In this document: piece by piece, positions 18,616 to 27,028 of the stretch | Numbering within the stretch: position 1 is the stretch's first letter | Layout of the letters: every line of letters starts with the position of its first letter | Virus record (IMG/VR): IMGVR_UViG_3300020043_001584 | Coordinates: 1 to 33,113 of that record | From: a virus | Lineage: Duplodnaviria > Caudoviricetes | Length of the DNA: 33,113 nt | Strand: one strand, 5' to 3' | The notes under the pieces: model-generated | The model's input: the letters and a program-made list of their open reading frames with translations, nothing else | The model's database searches: none | What the model was told of the DNA's origin: nothing | Position numbers and translations under genes: made by a program

Positions 18616-18897
18616 TCAGTACATGATCTTGGCTGTGATTGTGCCAGTTACATAAACTGTGCAATTGGCTCTTAAATACTTAGGAGCGTTAGCAATAGTA
18701 ATAATGCCATCACCAGTTAAGGCCGTACCAATAGTTGAATATGTTACCCCGTCCAAACTTCCTTGCAAAGCAACAGTAGCACTTGTAATGCCTGAAACTT
18801 GTAAGAATGCAGGTTGACCAGCATCGACTTGGACTGCGGTTGATGCGCCAGTAGCGACAACGGCATTCAAAAGTGTAATTGGAGCAGCTATAGCCAT
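18616..18897 (-). CDS. small virion protein
   Basis: Beta-rich, TVALQGSLDG motif; TAATG overlap. Confidence 0.7.
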   Translation of the reverse strand: MAIAAPITLLNAVVATGASTAVQVDAGQPAFLQVSGITSATVALQGSLDGVTYSTIGTALTGDGIITIANAPKYLRANCTVYVTGTITAKIMY

Positions 18898-19082
18898 TAT
18901 TTACCCCTTGTGGATTTTTTCATCATGTTGGTAGCAGTACGACCACCACGGGTAGGCATTGCTTTAGGCTTACCAATAGCAATCATCACAGTGACAGGCA
19001 TAGACTTCTTTTTTCCATACTCTTTGGCTTCTTTCTCGCCTTTTTCTGTGTATGGGAATTTCTTGTTTCCGACTTGTGGCAT
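18897..19082 (-). CDS. small basic protein
   Basis: AAGGA SD; MPQVGNKKFPYTEKG. Confidence 0.7.
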   Translation of the reverse strand: MPQVGNKKFPYTEKGEKEAKEYGKKKSMPVTVMIAIGKPKAMPTRGGRTATNMMKKSTRGK

Positions 19083-19090
19083 ATAAATCC

Positions 19091-19294
19091 TTATCGAACT
19101 AGCTTGGTTGCAACAAAAGAAATGATACCGCCAACAACAGAGGCGATTGCCATTCCAACGAAAAAGCCACCTTTAGATTTGTTTGCCATTTCTAAAAGCG
19201 TTTTAATATCTTGGCGAAGTGCGTGAACTTCTGTTTGAAGGGCCTCAACTTGAGCTTCCAATTTGCCGAACTCTCTTGGATCAATTTCCGACAT
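19091..19294 (-). CDS. coiled-coil protein with C-terminal TM helix
   Basis: Likely start MSEIDPREFGKLEAQV after GAGG; GGFFVGMAIASVVGGIISFVA TM. Confidence 0.7.
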   Translation of the reverse strand: MSEIDPREFGKLEAQVEALQTEVHALRQDIKTLLEMANKSKGGFFVGMAIASVVGGIISFVATKLVR

Positions 19295-19457
19295 TTGAAA
19301 CCTCTTTCTTTGGTCTTCCAACCTTAGGTTTATCTTCGTCTTTCTTTGGAGTTTCCTCAACAAGGACGTATCCTTCATGACCTTTCATGCTATCAATATC
19401 ATGCTGATAGATGAAAGTAACCAATGTTCCCGACTTTAAGCAACGAAAAGTAGCCAT
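19281..19457 (-). CDS. hypothetical protein with GRPKK tail (58 aa)
   Basis: GGAG SD; MATFRCLKSGTLVTFIYQHDIDSMKGHEGYVLVEETPKK...GRPKK. Confidence 0.65.
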   Translation of the reverse strand: MATFRCLKSGTLVTFIYQHDIDSMKGHEGYVLVEETPKKDEDKPKVGRPKKEVSNVGN

Positions 19458-19466
19458 AAAAACTCC

Positions 19467-19493
19467 AAAAAAAGGGGGGTATTAGCCCCCTTT
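19467..19493 (-). terminator. intrinsic terminator
   Basis: AAAGGGGG-CTAATAC-CCCCCTTTTTTT right after the 19496 stop. Confidence 0.8.
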
Positions 19494-19495
19494 AA

Positions 19496-19819
19496 TTAAA
19501 CTGCACGACCAATGATTAAGGTCAATGTAGTTGATGCCAAGTCTACAGAACCTGCTGTAGGGTTATAAGTCACGATAGTAACTGTATTAGCGGCTGAAAC
19601 ATAGGCTCTACGAACCAAACCTGCCTCAGAAACGCCAACAGACATACCGATAACCATGTCGCCCAAAGCAACGCCTGGAACTGTAACTGTATCTGTAGCG
19701 GTTGCAGTAGTAGCTACTGATCCGCTATCAAGAGTGCATGAAACGTCCCAAGTGTCTGTAAACAAACCACGGAACTGGTCATTGCCCCTGCGGGAAACGA
19801 CTGCTGTTGCTGCTGCCAT
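19496..19819 (-). CDS. capsid decoration / minor capsid protein
   Basis: AAGGAG SD; TVTVPGVALGD...AYVSAANTVT...VDLAS; directly after MCP. Confidence 0.7.
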   Translation of the reverse strand: MAAATAVVSRRGNDQFRGLFTDTWDVSCTLDSGSVATTATATDTVTVPGVALGDMVIGMSVGVSEAGLVRRAYVSAANTVTIVTYNPTAGSVDLASTTLTLIIGRAV

Positions 19820-19837
19820 AATAAATCTCCTTAATGT

Positions 19838-19870
19838 AAAAAATCCCCCCACCGATTAAGGCGAGGGGAA
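19838..19870 (-). terminator. intrinsic terminator after major capsid gene
   Basis: TCCCCTCGCC-TTAATC-GGTGGGGGGA followed by TTTTTT. Confidence 0.75.
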
Positions 19871-19880
19871 AAGGCAACTA

Positions 19881-20843
19881 TTAGGCTGGAACTGCTAACG
19901 CAAATGCGCTAGAAGACAAAGCTGCACCAGTTGTGGCGGCTGTACGCATTGCTTTCACACCATAAAGTGTGTCAGATGTGAACAAGGTAGCCAAGAAGTC
20001 TTGCTTGTACTGAGTTTGTGAACGGATGCCCACTTGCTCAACCAAAACCATAGAGTCCTTGTGACCCATCAAGCAGATACGATCAGTGGTGGAGTTACCA
20101 GCACCAGTATCAGCATTGCTAGATGTATACACGGGGATACCATACAGTTGACCGATTTCACCATTGCGAATGGCATTACCATTACCCACAAAAGCCTGTT
20201 CTGTGTAACGGGCAAGACCCATCAACGTATTGCGGCTTGAAGGAGGAATGATAAAGAAGCGACCATCCATAGGAGTGTCGTTGTCATCCAAACGCTGAAT
20301 AGTGCGACGAATAGCAGCGTCAGTCAATGCGGAAGCATTGGAAGATGTGCTGTTATAAGCAGTAGTACCATCACCGCCAATGAAGGCTTTGGTGGTAGTG
20401 TTGCTTGTTGCATAGTCGTTAGTACCGACAGTAGCACCATTGAATGCACGACCCAATTGGATCAAGCTAGTGTCTACTTGCTTGGCAAGCGCATAGCCCG
20501 CATCAGCAGTGTAGAACTGGCGCAAGCTGTTCAAGGCTTGTGCTTCAACGATGTCCTCAATGAAACGTGAATACTCAAAGTGTTGGTTAATGTTAACCAG
20601 AACTTCTGTCTCAGTTGCGGCAATCAGAGTAACGGCAGTAGATGCCGCTTTTGCTGAAGCAGAACCACGGGTAGGTGCGGGAATGTGAACCACATCGCCC
20701 TTCTTACCTTTGAAGTTCATCTTCATTACGATGTTAGCCAAAACAAGGTTTTTCTTGTAAGCGGCTACGATTTCGTCAGACCAGATTTCTGGAATGAACG
20801 TTGCTGCGGTGGTTACTGTTACCGCTGGTGTTGGATATGCCAT
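19881..20843 (-). CDS. major capsid protein
   Basis: FIPEIWSDE, GDVVHIP, AGYALAKQVD, GEIGQLYGIPVY, DTLYGVK motifs; AGGAG SD. Confidence 0.9.
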   Translation of the reverse strand: MAYPTPAVTVTTAATFIPEIWSDEIVAAYKKNLVLANIVMKMNFKGKKGDVVHIPAPTRGSASAKAASTAVTLIAATETEVLVNINQHFEYSRFIEDIVEAQALNSLRQFYTADAGYALAKQVDTSLIQLGRAFNGATVGTNDYATSNTTTKAFIGGDGTTAYNSTSSNASALTDAAIRRTIQRLDDNDTPMDGRFFIIPPSSRNTLMGLARYTEQAFVGNGNAIRNGEIGQLYGIPVYTSSNADTGAGNSTTDRICLMGHKDSMVLVEQVGIRSQTQYKQDFLATLFTSDTLYGVKAMRTAATTGAALSSSAFALAVPA

Positions 20844-20866
20844 GATTAAATCTCCTAAAACAAATT

Positions 20867-21607
20867 TTAACGAACCCGTTTCTCTGCATACGCCTGATAA
20901 ATTTCATCAGCAAGCGAAGCATAACGATCTGGGTCTCTCAACTGAAGCTGAATAAGGTCAGCCCTTCGATATACCTTCTTTGATGATTCACCAGAACCAC
21001 CTACATCAACACCTACTGCCTTTAAGTTCTGCTTGCGAGTTACCTCACCCTCATCACTTACTTGCTTACTTTTTACAGTGCGTAGCTGTTTATAGGTAGA
21101 TAGCAATTCATTGGCTGAGTCGAAATCATATCCAGAATCGGCTTGCTCAAAGATCTTAATGCGAATAGGGCTAGACTTCACCCAATTTGCAAAGTCCTGA
21201 TCTTTAGCAATTTCGCCAAAGTCGGGATGTTCTTGCGCTAACCTTTGCTGAATTTGCGCCCTTTTCATCTCTTGCGTAACTTGTCGTGCCGCTAGGATGT
21301 CAGGGTGATTATCAACAGTCCTTTGAACTGCCTTCTGTGGATTCTCAAAGAAATCTACTTCAGGCTCTTCCTGTCTAGTTTGCTGTCGTGAACCAAGGTT
21401 CTGTTTGATAAGTTCATCGGCTAACTTTCTGACCTCGCCTACTTCCTGTGCTTGCTTTCCAATTAGCTTTTCAGCCTCTTGGTGCATCCTCACAATCTCG
21501 TCTAAACTTTTATCCCTGTATTTCTCAGGAAGTTCAGGCTTTTGCGAAATCTTCTGTTCTTCGATCTCTAACTCACCCAACTCTTCTTTGTCATCATCAA
21601 TCAACAT
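20867..21607 (-). CDS. capsid scaffolding protein
   Basis: Acidic N-terminus, LPEKY..KS....MHQEAEKLIG.Q..EVG.VR, C-terminal EIYQAYAEKRVR; upstream of MCP. Confidence 0.8.
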   Translation of the reverse strand: MLIDDDKEELGELEIEEQKISQKPELPEKYRDKSLDEIVRMHQEAEKLIGKQAQEVGEVRKLADELIKQNLGSRQQTRQEEPEVDFFENPQKAVQRTVDNHPDILAARQVTQEMKRAQIQQRLAQEHPDFGEIAKDQDFANWVKSSPIRIKIFEQADSGYDFDSANELLSTYKQLRTVKSKQVSDEGEVTRKQNLKAVGVDVGGSGESSKKVYRRADLIQLQLRDPDRYASLADEIYQAYAEKRVR

Positions 21608-21665
21608 ACTTATTTCCTTTTCCTGCCGTCAATCGGTTGTAGGAGATTCAACTCGGCATAATTGC

Positions 21666-21893
21666 TTATGAGTTGAGTTTCTGCTCGGCTTTCAATCTAT
21701 CTAAGTGACTTTTCTCGAACTTCCCATGCGATGATGGAAACGCTCCAGACCACCCTTCTAGCTTAAAAGCTGGTGCAGATAAAATGCGATGAGTTTCCTC
21801 ACCACAATCACACACAAGACTTGTTGACTCATAATCAACAAATCTCTCTGTCTTATGCCCGTTTATACAGGCAAATTCATACATTCTTCTCAT
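21666..21893 (-). CDS. FmdB-like zinc ribbon protein
   Basis: YEFACINGH...CDCG...RILSAPAFKLEGW. Confidence 0.65.
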   Translation of the reverse strand: MRRMYEFACINGHKTERFVDYESTSLVCDCGEETHRILSAPAFKLEGWSGAFPSSHGKFEKSHLDRLKAEQKLNS

Positions 21894-22116
21894 TTAAGTC
21901 CTCAAATGCTCTTTCGCTGACTTGTTTCAAGTTTTTCAGCCAAATTAGTATTGAATACTCGCCTTTTCTGAATTGTAGACTTTTTTCGTCTGCAATTGTT
22001 GAAATATTATTCAAAGGTTCAATCATTTTGTCAACATCTTCCATCAATTCTCTCCACCCTTGAGTGGACATCATGGAAAATCTCTCTTCGTAGTACTTCT
22101 GAAGTTCTGGATTCAT
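21877..22116 (-). CDS. conserved small protein downstream of portal
   Basis: ATGA overlap; STQGWRELMED...LQFRKGE. Confidence 0.7.
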   Translation of the reverse strand: MNPELQKYYEERFSMMSTQGWRELMEDVDKMIEPLNNISTIADEKSLQFRKGEYSILIWLKNLKQVSERAFEDLNEKNV

Positions 22117-24086
22117 TGTCTAGTCATCTGCTTTTCAACAATCTTAGCCTTGTTCTGAATATCAGCTTCTTTAAGCATCAATTCAGCAATCTTGACCCGC
22201 TTATCAAACTCTCGTGAAGCTAAAGCGTCATCAGTTGGGAGGTTCTTGGTATTAGCCGCCATACTCTTTGCTTGCAACTCAATAGGCATCAATTGCGCTT
22301 CAGTCAATAACTTTTGCGCTTCAGCCTTGTTCTGCTCTGCTTGAGTAGTTTGGACAGCAATCTGAGCCTGAGCCAGTTGCATAGCCAATTGTTGTTGCAT
22401 CTGAGCTGCTTGTTGAGCCTGTGGGTCAGCCGTAGCCATCTTGTCTAGCATCTCAATCAACTCAAATCTGTTTGACAGAGAGGAATTAGCCATGATGCCC
22501 TTCAAAATGATAGGCAAAACAGGAGTATTAGGGCCAAGAGTCTGCAACAAAGCGATAAATTGCTGTTGCTCATGCTCTCTAGCAATGATACCAAGTGCTG
22601 CCGTAGGAATGAACTTCATGTCCACTGTAGGGTAACGCTCAGGATCGAACTGCATATAGCGATAGGCGGCTTTGGTGATAAAGGGGATCATAAAATCCTC
22701 TTGGAAGTTCACCAAAGTACGCTTGTATTTCTTGATAATCGAGGCAGTAGCCATCGAAATACCGCCCTGACCCGCATCTCTTGAGACAGCAGTAACCATT
22801 CCCTGTGAGTCTAAAGTGCCTGTTGCCATCAAAAGCATACGTTCAAACTCTTTGGCAGTTGTCAGGTTAGAACCATCTGTATTGCCGAACTTGAACGGGA
22901 ACAGAATTTCATTGGGATTGCCGTTTGTCAGGATAGCTTTACCTGGCTTTACTTCAAACTTAGCACCCCGTGGTAAACGGGTAGCATCCATAGCCATCAT
23001 TGGGCTAGTTGTCAGGGCAAGAGAGTCTAAGTGGCTACGCACTTGGGCATCAATAGCTTTTTGTGAGTTGTAAGCCTTCTCAACAGTACCACGACCCAAC
23101 AAACGATTAGGAACTGTATCGTCCTGATATGCAAGAATCGGTCTGTCTTTCATCATGTATGGGTTCTTTTCAGCCTTCAGAAGAGTCCCATCATTGGCGA
23201 TAACGACAATAGCCTCAACCAGATCGGAATACTCATCCTGAATACTGTCTTCAGGGAACAAGTCTTCTACTTCGCCATTTTCTTCATTCTCTAGTTGTTC
23301 AAGATACTCTCTAGGAACTAAACCATAGTAAGTAAGAAGTTTAACTTTATCGTCTTCGTACTGAGAGACTTCTTGTGTAGGCTCTAAGTCTGTATCCATC
23401 GAGTCAGTACCGACCTTTACCTTGCGGTAGATGCCTTCTTCTTGACCTTTAACGATCTTGTGGATGGATACATACTTCTCGATAGCCACACCCATACAGT
23501 CATCAATAGATGTTCCATTGGGGTCAAACAAGAAGTTACGGGGGTTAACAGGAACAATCTTGACTGCAATGCGGTCTTGTTCTACCACTCCGATAGCCGC
23601 TTGTCCCATTTGACCAGGTATTGCCTGAGTAGCGGGAACAAAGACTTTCTCTGTTTTGACAACAATCTCACCGATGCCCGTACCATAGATTTCTGCCAAC
23701 AGTTCAATCTGGTCAATAGACTTGCGAATCTTGTCTACTTTGAAGTCTTCCATCAGTTGTGCTTTGATGGCAGCAACATCTAGGGGGCTACCATTGACAT
23801 CACGAATATCGTCTTGAATGTCAAAGAACTCACCCTGACCAAAGATGGCTTCCATAATCTCGGCATGGCGTGTCTCTACGGCTTGTTGGGTAGCGGGGGT
23901 AACAATACGGCTACGCTCGGACTCTCGGGTCTTGTCTTGGGCATCCCACTCACCATTGAAGATACGCTCGTACTCTAGCCAATCATCAAGGCAATTGACA
24001 TCTCTCCAATCCCTCCACCTGTCACAATGGTTGACAACAAAGTTAACTATCTCTTTGTCTGAGTCGCTAGGTTCTTGGAATTCCAT
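22113..24086 (-). CDS. portal (head-tail connector) protein
   Basis: 657 aa after terL; YGTGIGEI, NFLFDPNG, GRGTVEKAYNSQKA, Q-rich C-terminal barrel. Confidence 0.88.
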   Translation of the reverse strand: MEFQEPSDSDKEIVNFVVNHCDRWRDWRDVNCLDDWLEYERIFNGEWDAQDKTRESERSRIVTPATQQAVETRHAEIMEAIFGQGEFFDIQDDIRDVNGSPLDVAAIKAQLMEDFKVDKIRKSIDQIELLAEIYGTGIGEIVVKTEKVFVPATQAIPGQMGQAAIGVVEQDRIAVKIVPVNPRNFLFDPNGTSIDDCMGVAIEKYVSIHKIVKGQEEGIYRKVKVGTDSMDTDLEPTQEVSQYEDDKVKLLTYYGLVPREYLEQLENEENGEVEDLFPEDSIQDEYSDLVEAIVVIANDGTLLKAEKNPYMMKDRPILAYQDDTVPNRLLGRGTVEKAYNSQKAIDAQVRSHLDSLALTTSPMMAMDATRLPRGAKFEVKPGKAILTNGNPNEILFPFKFGNTDGSNLTTAKEFERMLLMATGTLDSQGMVTAVSRDAGQGGISMATASIIKKYKRTLVNFQEDFMIPFITKAAYRYMQFDPERYPTVDMKFIPTAALGIIAREHEQQQFIALLQTLGPNTPVLPIILKGIMANSSLSNRFELIEMLDKMATADPQAQQAAQMQQQLAMQLAQAQIAVQTTQAEQNKAEAQKLLTEAQLMPIELQAKSMAANTKNLPTDDALASREFDKRVKIAELMLKEADIQNKAKIVEKQMTRQ

Positions 24087-24088
24087 TC

Positions 24089-25348
24089 TTATACCCCACT
24101 AATAATATCTACAGGTTGCCATTCCTCACTGTCATCCTCTTCCATGTAAGATGTAACAGCCAGTTGGTCAATGTAACTGAGGGAGTCAGGCAAGTCATCA
24201 TGGACTCCTTGAGCAGGGAACAGGATTAACTGGTCTACAAACTCATCCCAATCTTCTTCCGAATTTAACACAATTCTGCCATGCTCGAACCTACCTTGTA
24301 AAGCCCAGATGATTCTGTCCGCTTTTTTTCTATTCCCGTGGGTCAAATCTATGATGTGAGCATAGGTATTATTCTTACGCATTAAGTCACTAAGATACGG
24401 CAAAACAGCGTTCTTTAACGCCCCCCTCTCTATTCCCACACTCAAAGGGCGGTAGTCCCGAATGGCAATCAGTATCTTAGAAGCAGTCTCACGGATGTCC
24501 CAACGCCCGTGTTCAATCTTCTGAACAAACCACTTCCCATCGTCTGTTACCTTGACGATTGAGATAGCAGACTCGTCCAGACGCTTCTTAGAGTTGGCTG
24601 CTTGTTTGGCAACTTCCTCGAATCCTGCAAGGTCAACAGCGATGTAATAGCTTCCATGTTCAGGTTCTACCCCGTATTTGATCCACTCTTCCTTGAAGAT
24701 GTCCGAACCCGCATTGGTAAACGAAGCTAAAAACTCCTGCTTAAAAGCAAATGAGGATAGTGTTTTCTTTGCTGACTCTATTTCTGAACGATCGATTAGT
24801 GGATTGTCGGCAGTAGTGAAATGCCAAGATTTCCAGTCTGGGTCACTTCCATCTTCACCAAGTTTGTACAAGTCATGGAACCAATTTCTCCCTTTTGGAG
24901 TTCCCAGAAATAGAGCACGACCTTTTTTATCACTCAAACTAGCACGAATAACTTGCTCCCATGCCTCAGGTTTAATGTCAGCAACTTCGTCTAGCACCGC
25001 ATAGGTTAGCGATACGCCTCGTAAGGTATCGGGACGATCCGCACCCCGAACATAGATTTTTGCCCCGTTAATCATGGTTATATCAAGGTTATTAACATGA
25101 CTAGACTGAATAACATCTCGACCTAGATCAAGCAATAAATCCCAAACGATTTGTCGACTCTGCCCCATTGTAGGAGAGACATACAGCACAGCAGACCCTT
25201 GAGGGCATCTTAGGGCTTCGATAATCAATGTGATGGCGCATAACCTAGACTTGCCACATCGCCTTCCAGCAGCTACGATTTTGAATCGGCTTTTATCAGC
25301 AAAAACTTCCTGTTGCCAAGGTAGAAGCGAGAAATTTAAATCAGCCAT
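24089..25348 (-). CDS. terL: terminase large subunit
   Basis: Walker A AGRRCGKS, Walker B AVLDE, GTPKG motif III, RNase H D (AVDLAG) and HDDLPD. Confidence 0.95.
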   Translation of the reverse strand: MADLNFSLLPWQQEVFADKSRFKIVAAGRRCGKSRLCAITLIIEALRCPQGSAVLYVSPTMGQSRQIVWDLLLDLGRDVIQSSHVNNLDITMINGAKIYVRGADRPDTLRGVSLTYAVLDEVADIKPEAWEQVIRASLSDKKGRALFLGTPKGRNWFHDLYKLGEDGSDPDWKSWHFTTADNPLIDRSEIESAKKTLSSFAFKQEFLASFTNAGSDIFKEEWIKYGVEPEHGSYYIAVDLAGFEEVAKQAANSKKRLDESAISIVKVTDDGKWFVQKIEHGRWDIRETASKILIAIRDYRPLSVGIERGALKNAVLPYLSDLMRKNNTYAHIIDLTHGNRKKADRIIWALQGRFEHGRIVLNSEEDWDEFVDQLILFPAQGVHDDLPDSLSYIDQLAVTSYMEEDDSEEWQPVDIISGV

Positions 25349-25889
25349 TATGTTCCTGTAAGTATTGGGCGGCTTTCAAAAGCACTTCAGAACTGTCTTT
25401 TAGCATTCCTATGCCAACATTGCATGTTGCACATAAAAGTTTACGTATTTTCTTAGTATTGTGATTGTGGTCAACATACATCTTTTTGCCAACAACTTCT
25501 TCGTGATCTCCACAAATAGCACACTTGTAATCCTGTTCCAAACGAAGAACATTGTATTCATTTAGAGTTAAACCATACTTGCGTTTAATAGTATTTCCGT
25601 AGTATCGCTCTTTATTATTGTGATACCAATCTTTAGCTTGTTGGTCAATCTTGTCTTTGTTTTTTAGATAATGACGCCTTTTCTGTTCTTTTCGTTTGTC
25701 AGGATTATTAGCACGCCATTCGTTTAATTTCTTTAACTTTTGTTTTCTCGCTTCTGGGGAAGGAGATTTATCATATAAAGAAACACAAGCCTTGCACTTG
25801 TATTGGTATCCACGAGTAGTCGTAGCTGATTTATAAAAGCAAGAAGGCGGAAATTGACCCTTGCAGGCATTGCATTGCAGTTCAGTCAT
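25341..25889 (-). CDS. endonuclease VII-family homing endonuclease
   Basis: CNAC..CKAC zinc finger; QDYKCAICG...VDHNHNTKKIRKLLCATCNVGIG. Confidence 0.9.
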   Translation of the reverse strand: MTELQCNACKGQFPPSCFYKSATTTRGYQYKCKACVSLYDKSPSPEARKQKLKKLNEWRANNPDKRKEQKRRHYLKNKDKIDQQAKDWYHNNKERYYGNTIKRKYGLTLNEYNVLRLEQDYKCAICGDHEEVVGKKMYVDHNHNTKKIRKLLCATCNVGIGMLKDSSEVLLKAAQYLQEHNG

Positions 25890-25898
25890 TTATGTCCT

Positions 25899-25950
25899 CT
25901 TTCAGAAGGATTGGGGTGTATTGCCACACGCACCCCACACGCGTTGAAAG
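25899..25950 (-). promoter_or_regulatory. RNA hairpin abutting the RBS of the EndoVII gene
   Basis: CTTTCA/TGAAAG outer stem and TGGGGTG/CACCCCA inner stem immediately before AGGA-cataa-ATG. Confidence 0.5.
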
Positions 25951-25954
25951 CTCA

Positions 25955-26326
25955 TTATGAGTCGGCTGACCTATATTCTACATCTTCTGCGGTCTCAAGG
26001 ATAGTTGGTTCTTGTCCCAAACCAGTGATATTGATGGTTACGGCACTTCTTTGAGACTTGTCCTTTTCAAACATGCTAATAGGAAGAGTCCTATCAAGAC
26101 ACATCTTTAAAGCTACCAATTGATGGGGATGCTCATCATTAAGGGCTATCTCAATAACTTTCTGAGCCACATCCTTACCTCCAGACCTAATCATCAGCTC
26201 TTTAAGCTCCTTCAGACGTTGATGGTCTGTCTTAGGTAGTACAAGGGGTGGATTGTCAGCAAACCTCTGTATGGTCATCTTGACGCTTCCCTTGGGTCTT
26301 CCTCTTCCTCTTTTCAATTGTTCCAC
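25955..26326 (-). CDS. terS: putative terminase small subunit
   Basis: GTG 26326 after AAGGA; KRGRGRPKGS AT-hook-like start, ALKMCLDRTLP helix, VTINITG strand; position upstream of terL. Confidence 0.7.
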   Translation of the reverse strand: MEQLKRGRGRPKGSVKMTIQRFADNPPLVLPKTDHQRLKELKELMIRSGGKDVAQKVIEIALNDEHPHQLVALKMCLDRTLPISMFEKDKSQRSAVTINITGLGQEPTILETAEDVEYRSADS

Positions 26327-26442
26327 TTTGTTCCTTTGGAGTTGAATTTCACTTTTTCGGAGGATGGGAGGTACCACAAATATCTACCAACCCAACCTAC
26401 CCCCTCCCCCCCCATCATCTCACCACCTACGGGTTTACCCTC

Positions 26443-26458
26443 ATGTCTTTTTATACAG
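26443..26458. promoter_or_regulatory. LexA SOS box (one mismatch)
   Basis: ATGT-CTTTTTAT-ACAG vs CTGT-N8-ACAG. Confidence 0.5.
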
Positions 26459-26503
26459 CTTAGGGTTTCTACCTAGGTACTTACCCTATAAGGGTTTACC
26501 CTG

Positions 26504-26537
26504 CTGTCTATCCTTACAGTACTGTCAATCTATCCAG
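26504..26537. promoter_or_regulatory. tandem LexA SOS boxes
   Basis: CTGT-CTATCCTT-ACAG (26504-26519) TA CTGT-CAATCTAT-CCAG (26522-26537); shared ACAGTACTGT matches consensus flanks. Confidence 0.75.
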
Positions 26538-26543
26538 TCACCC

Positions 26544-26563
26544 AAATGAGAATCGTTCGCATC
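26544..26563. promoter_or_regulatory. Fur box-like operator
   Basis: AATGAGAAT-C-GTTCGCATC vs 9-1-9 AATGATAAT-N-ATTATCATT. Confidence 0.6.
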
Positions 26564-26569
26564 TAAAGG

Positions 26570-26588
26570 TTATGCGTTTTTTGCATAA
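26570..26588. promoter_or_regulatory. LysR-type (T-N11-A) palindrome
   Basis: Perfect TTATGC-N7-GCATAA. Confidence 0.5.
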
Positions 26589-26629
26589 AGTGTGAAAGAG
26601 GGTGAAGCACCTTTTCCCATGTACTTGAT

Positions 26630-26651
26630 GTTATTGAGAATCATTTGCGTT
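26630..26651. promoter_or_regulatory. Fur box-like operator
   Basis: GTTATTGAGAATCATTTGC, 14/19 match to GATAATGATAATCATTATC. Confidence 0.65.
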
Positions 26652-26689
26652 TACCCTTCTAGGTGTTTACCCTCTACTAGTGTTTACCC

Positions 26690-26917
26690 TTATAGACAAT
26701 CTTCATTGGGACTGTTAGTTGTACTGCGATCTATATTTAAAGAATCCATTTCCATTTCAGGGCGAAACCCTTTGTTGTGGGCATACTGATATAGAGACAA
26801 CACGTTCTCAAATCCCCTGGACAAATTTCCATTTCCCGCTGCCAAAAGAATCATTCTTTGAGGGTTTGACAATGTTCTTTGAAAGTACTTCGTTTGAGGG
26901 TTTGAGGGTCTTCCCAT
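26690..26917 (-). CDS. small putative DNA-binding protein
   Basis: MGRPS start, beta-like KYFQRTL then two helices (AAGNGNLSRGFENVL), RHH-like layout; divergent from 27029 gene. Confidence 0.55.
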   Translation of the reverse strand: MGRPSNPQTKYFQRTLSNPQRMILLAAGNGNLSRGFENVLSLYQYAHNKGFRPEMEMDSLNIDRSTTNSPNEDCL

Positions 26918-27028
26918 GTTTTCTCTTTAAATAAATTAAAATAATTGTACTTTATTAGGGTTTGTCCTAATAGTTTTTTCTTTTTTCGGTGCTATTCTTA
27001 CTGTACTTTCAATTGGAAAGTGATCTTA

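Larger units (their letters stand above)
26428..26692. repeat. seven degenerate copies of pseudo-palindrome (A)GGGTTTACCCT
   Basis: Cores at 26434, ~26466, 26480, 26495, 26650, 26666, 26683; related ATTAGGGTTTGTCCTAAT at 26954-26971. Confidence 0.8.

Noticed and set aside
24089-25889. Group I intron or intein in terL
   Set aside because: terL is intact with all motifs; the endonuclease is free-standing upstream
26590-26610. CRP site (AAGTGTGA)
   Set aside because: Second half-site TCACA absent
26428-26692. CRISPR array
   Set aside because: Repeats are ~11-16 bp, degenerate and irregularly spaced; no cas genes
26364-26789. Short + strand ORFs (26364, 26592) over the operator array
   Set aside because: Translations reflect C-runs and palindromes; region better explained as non-coding
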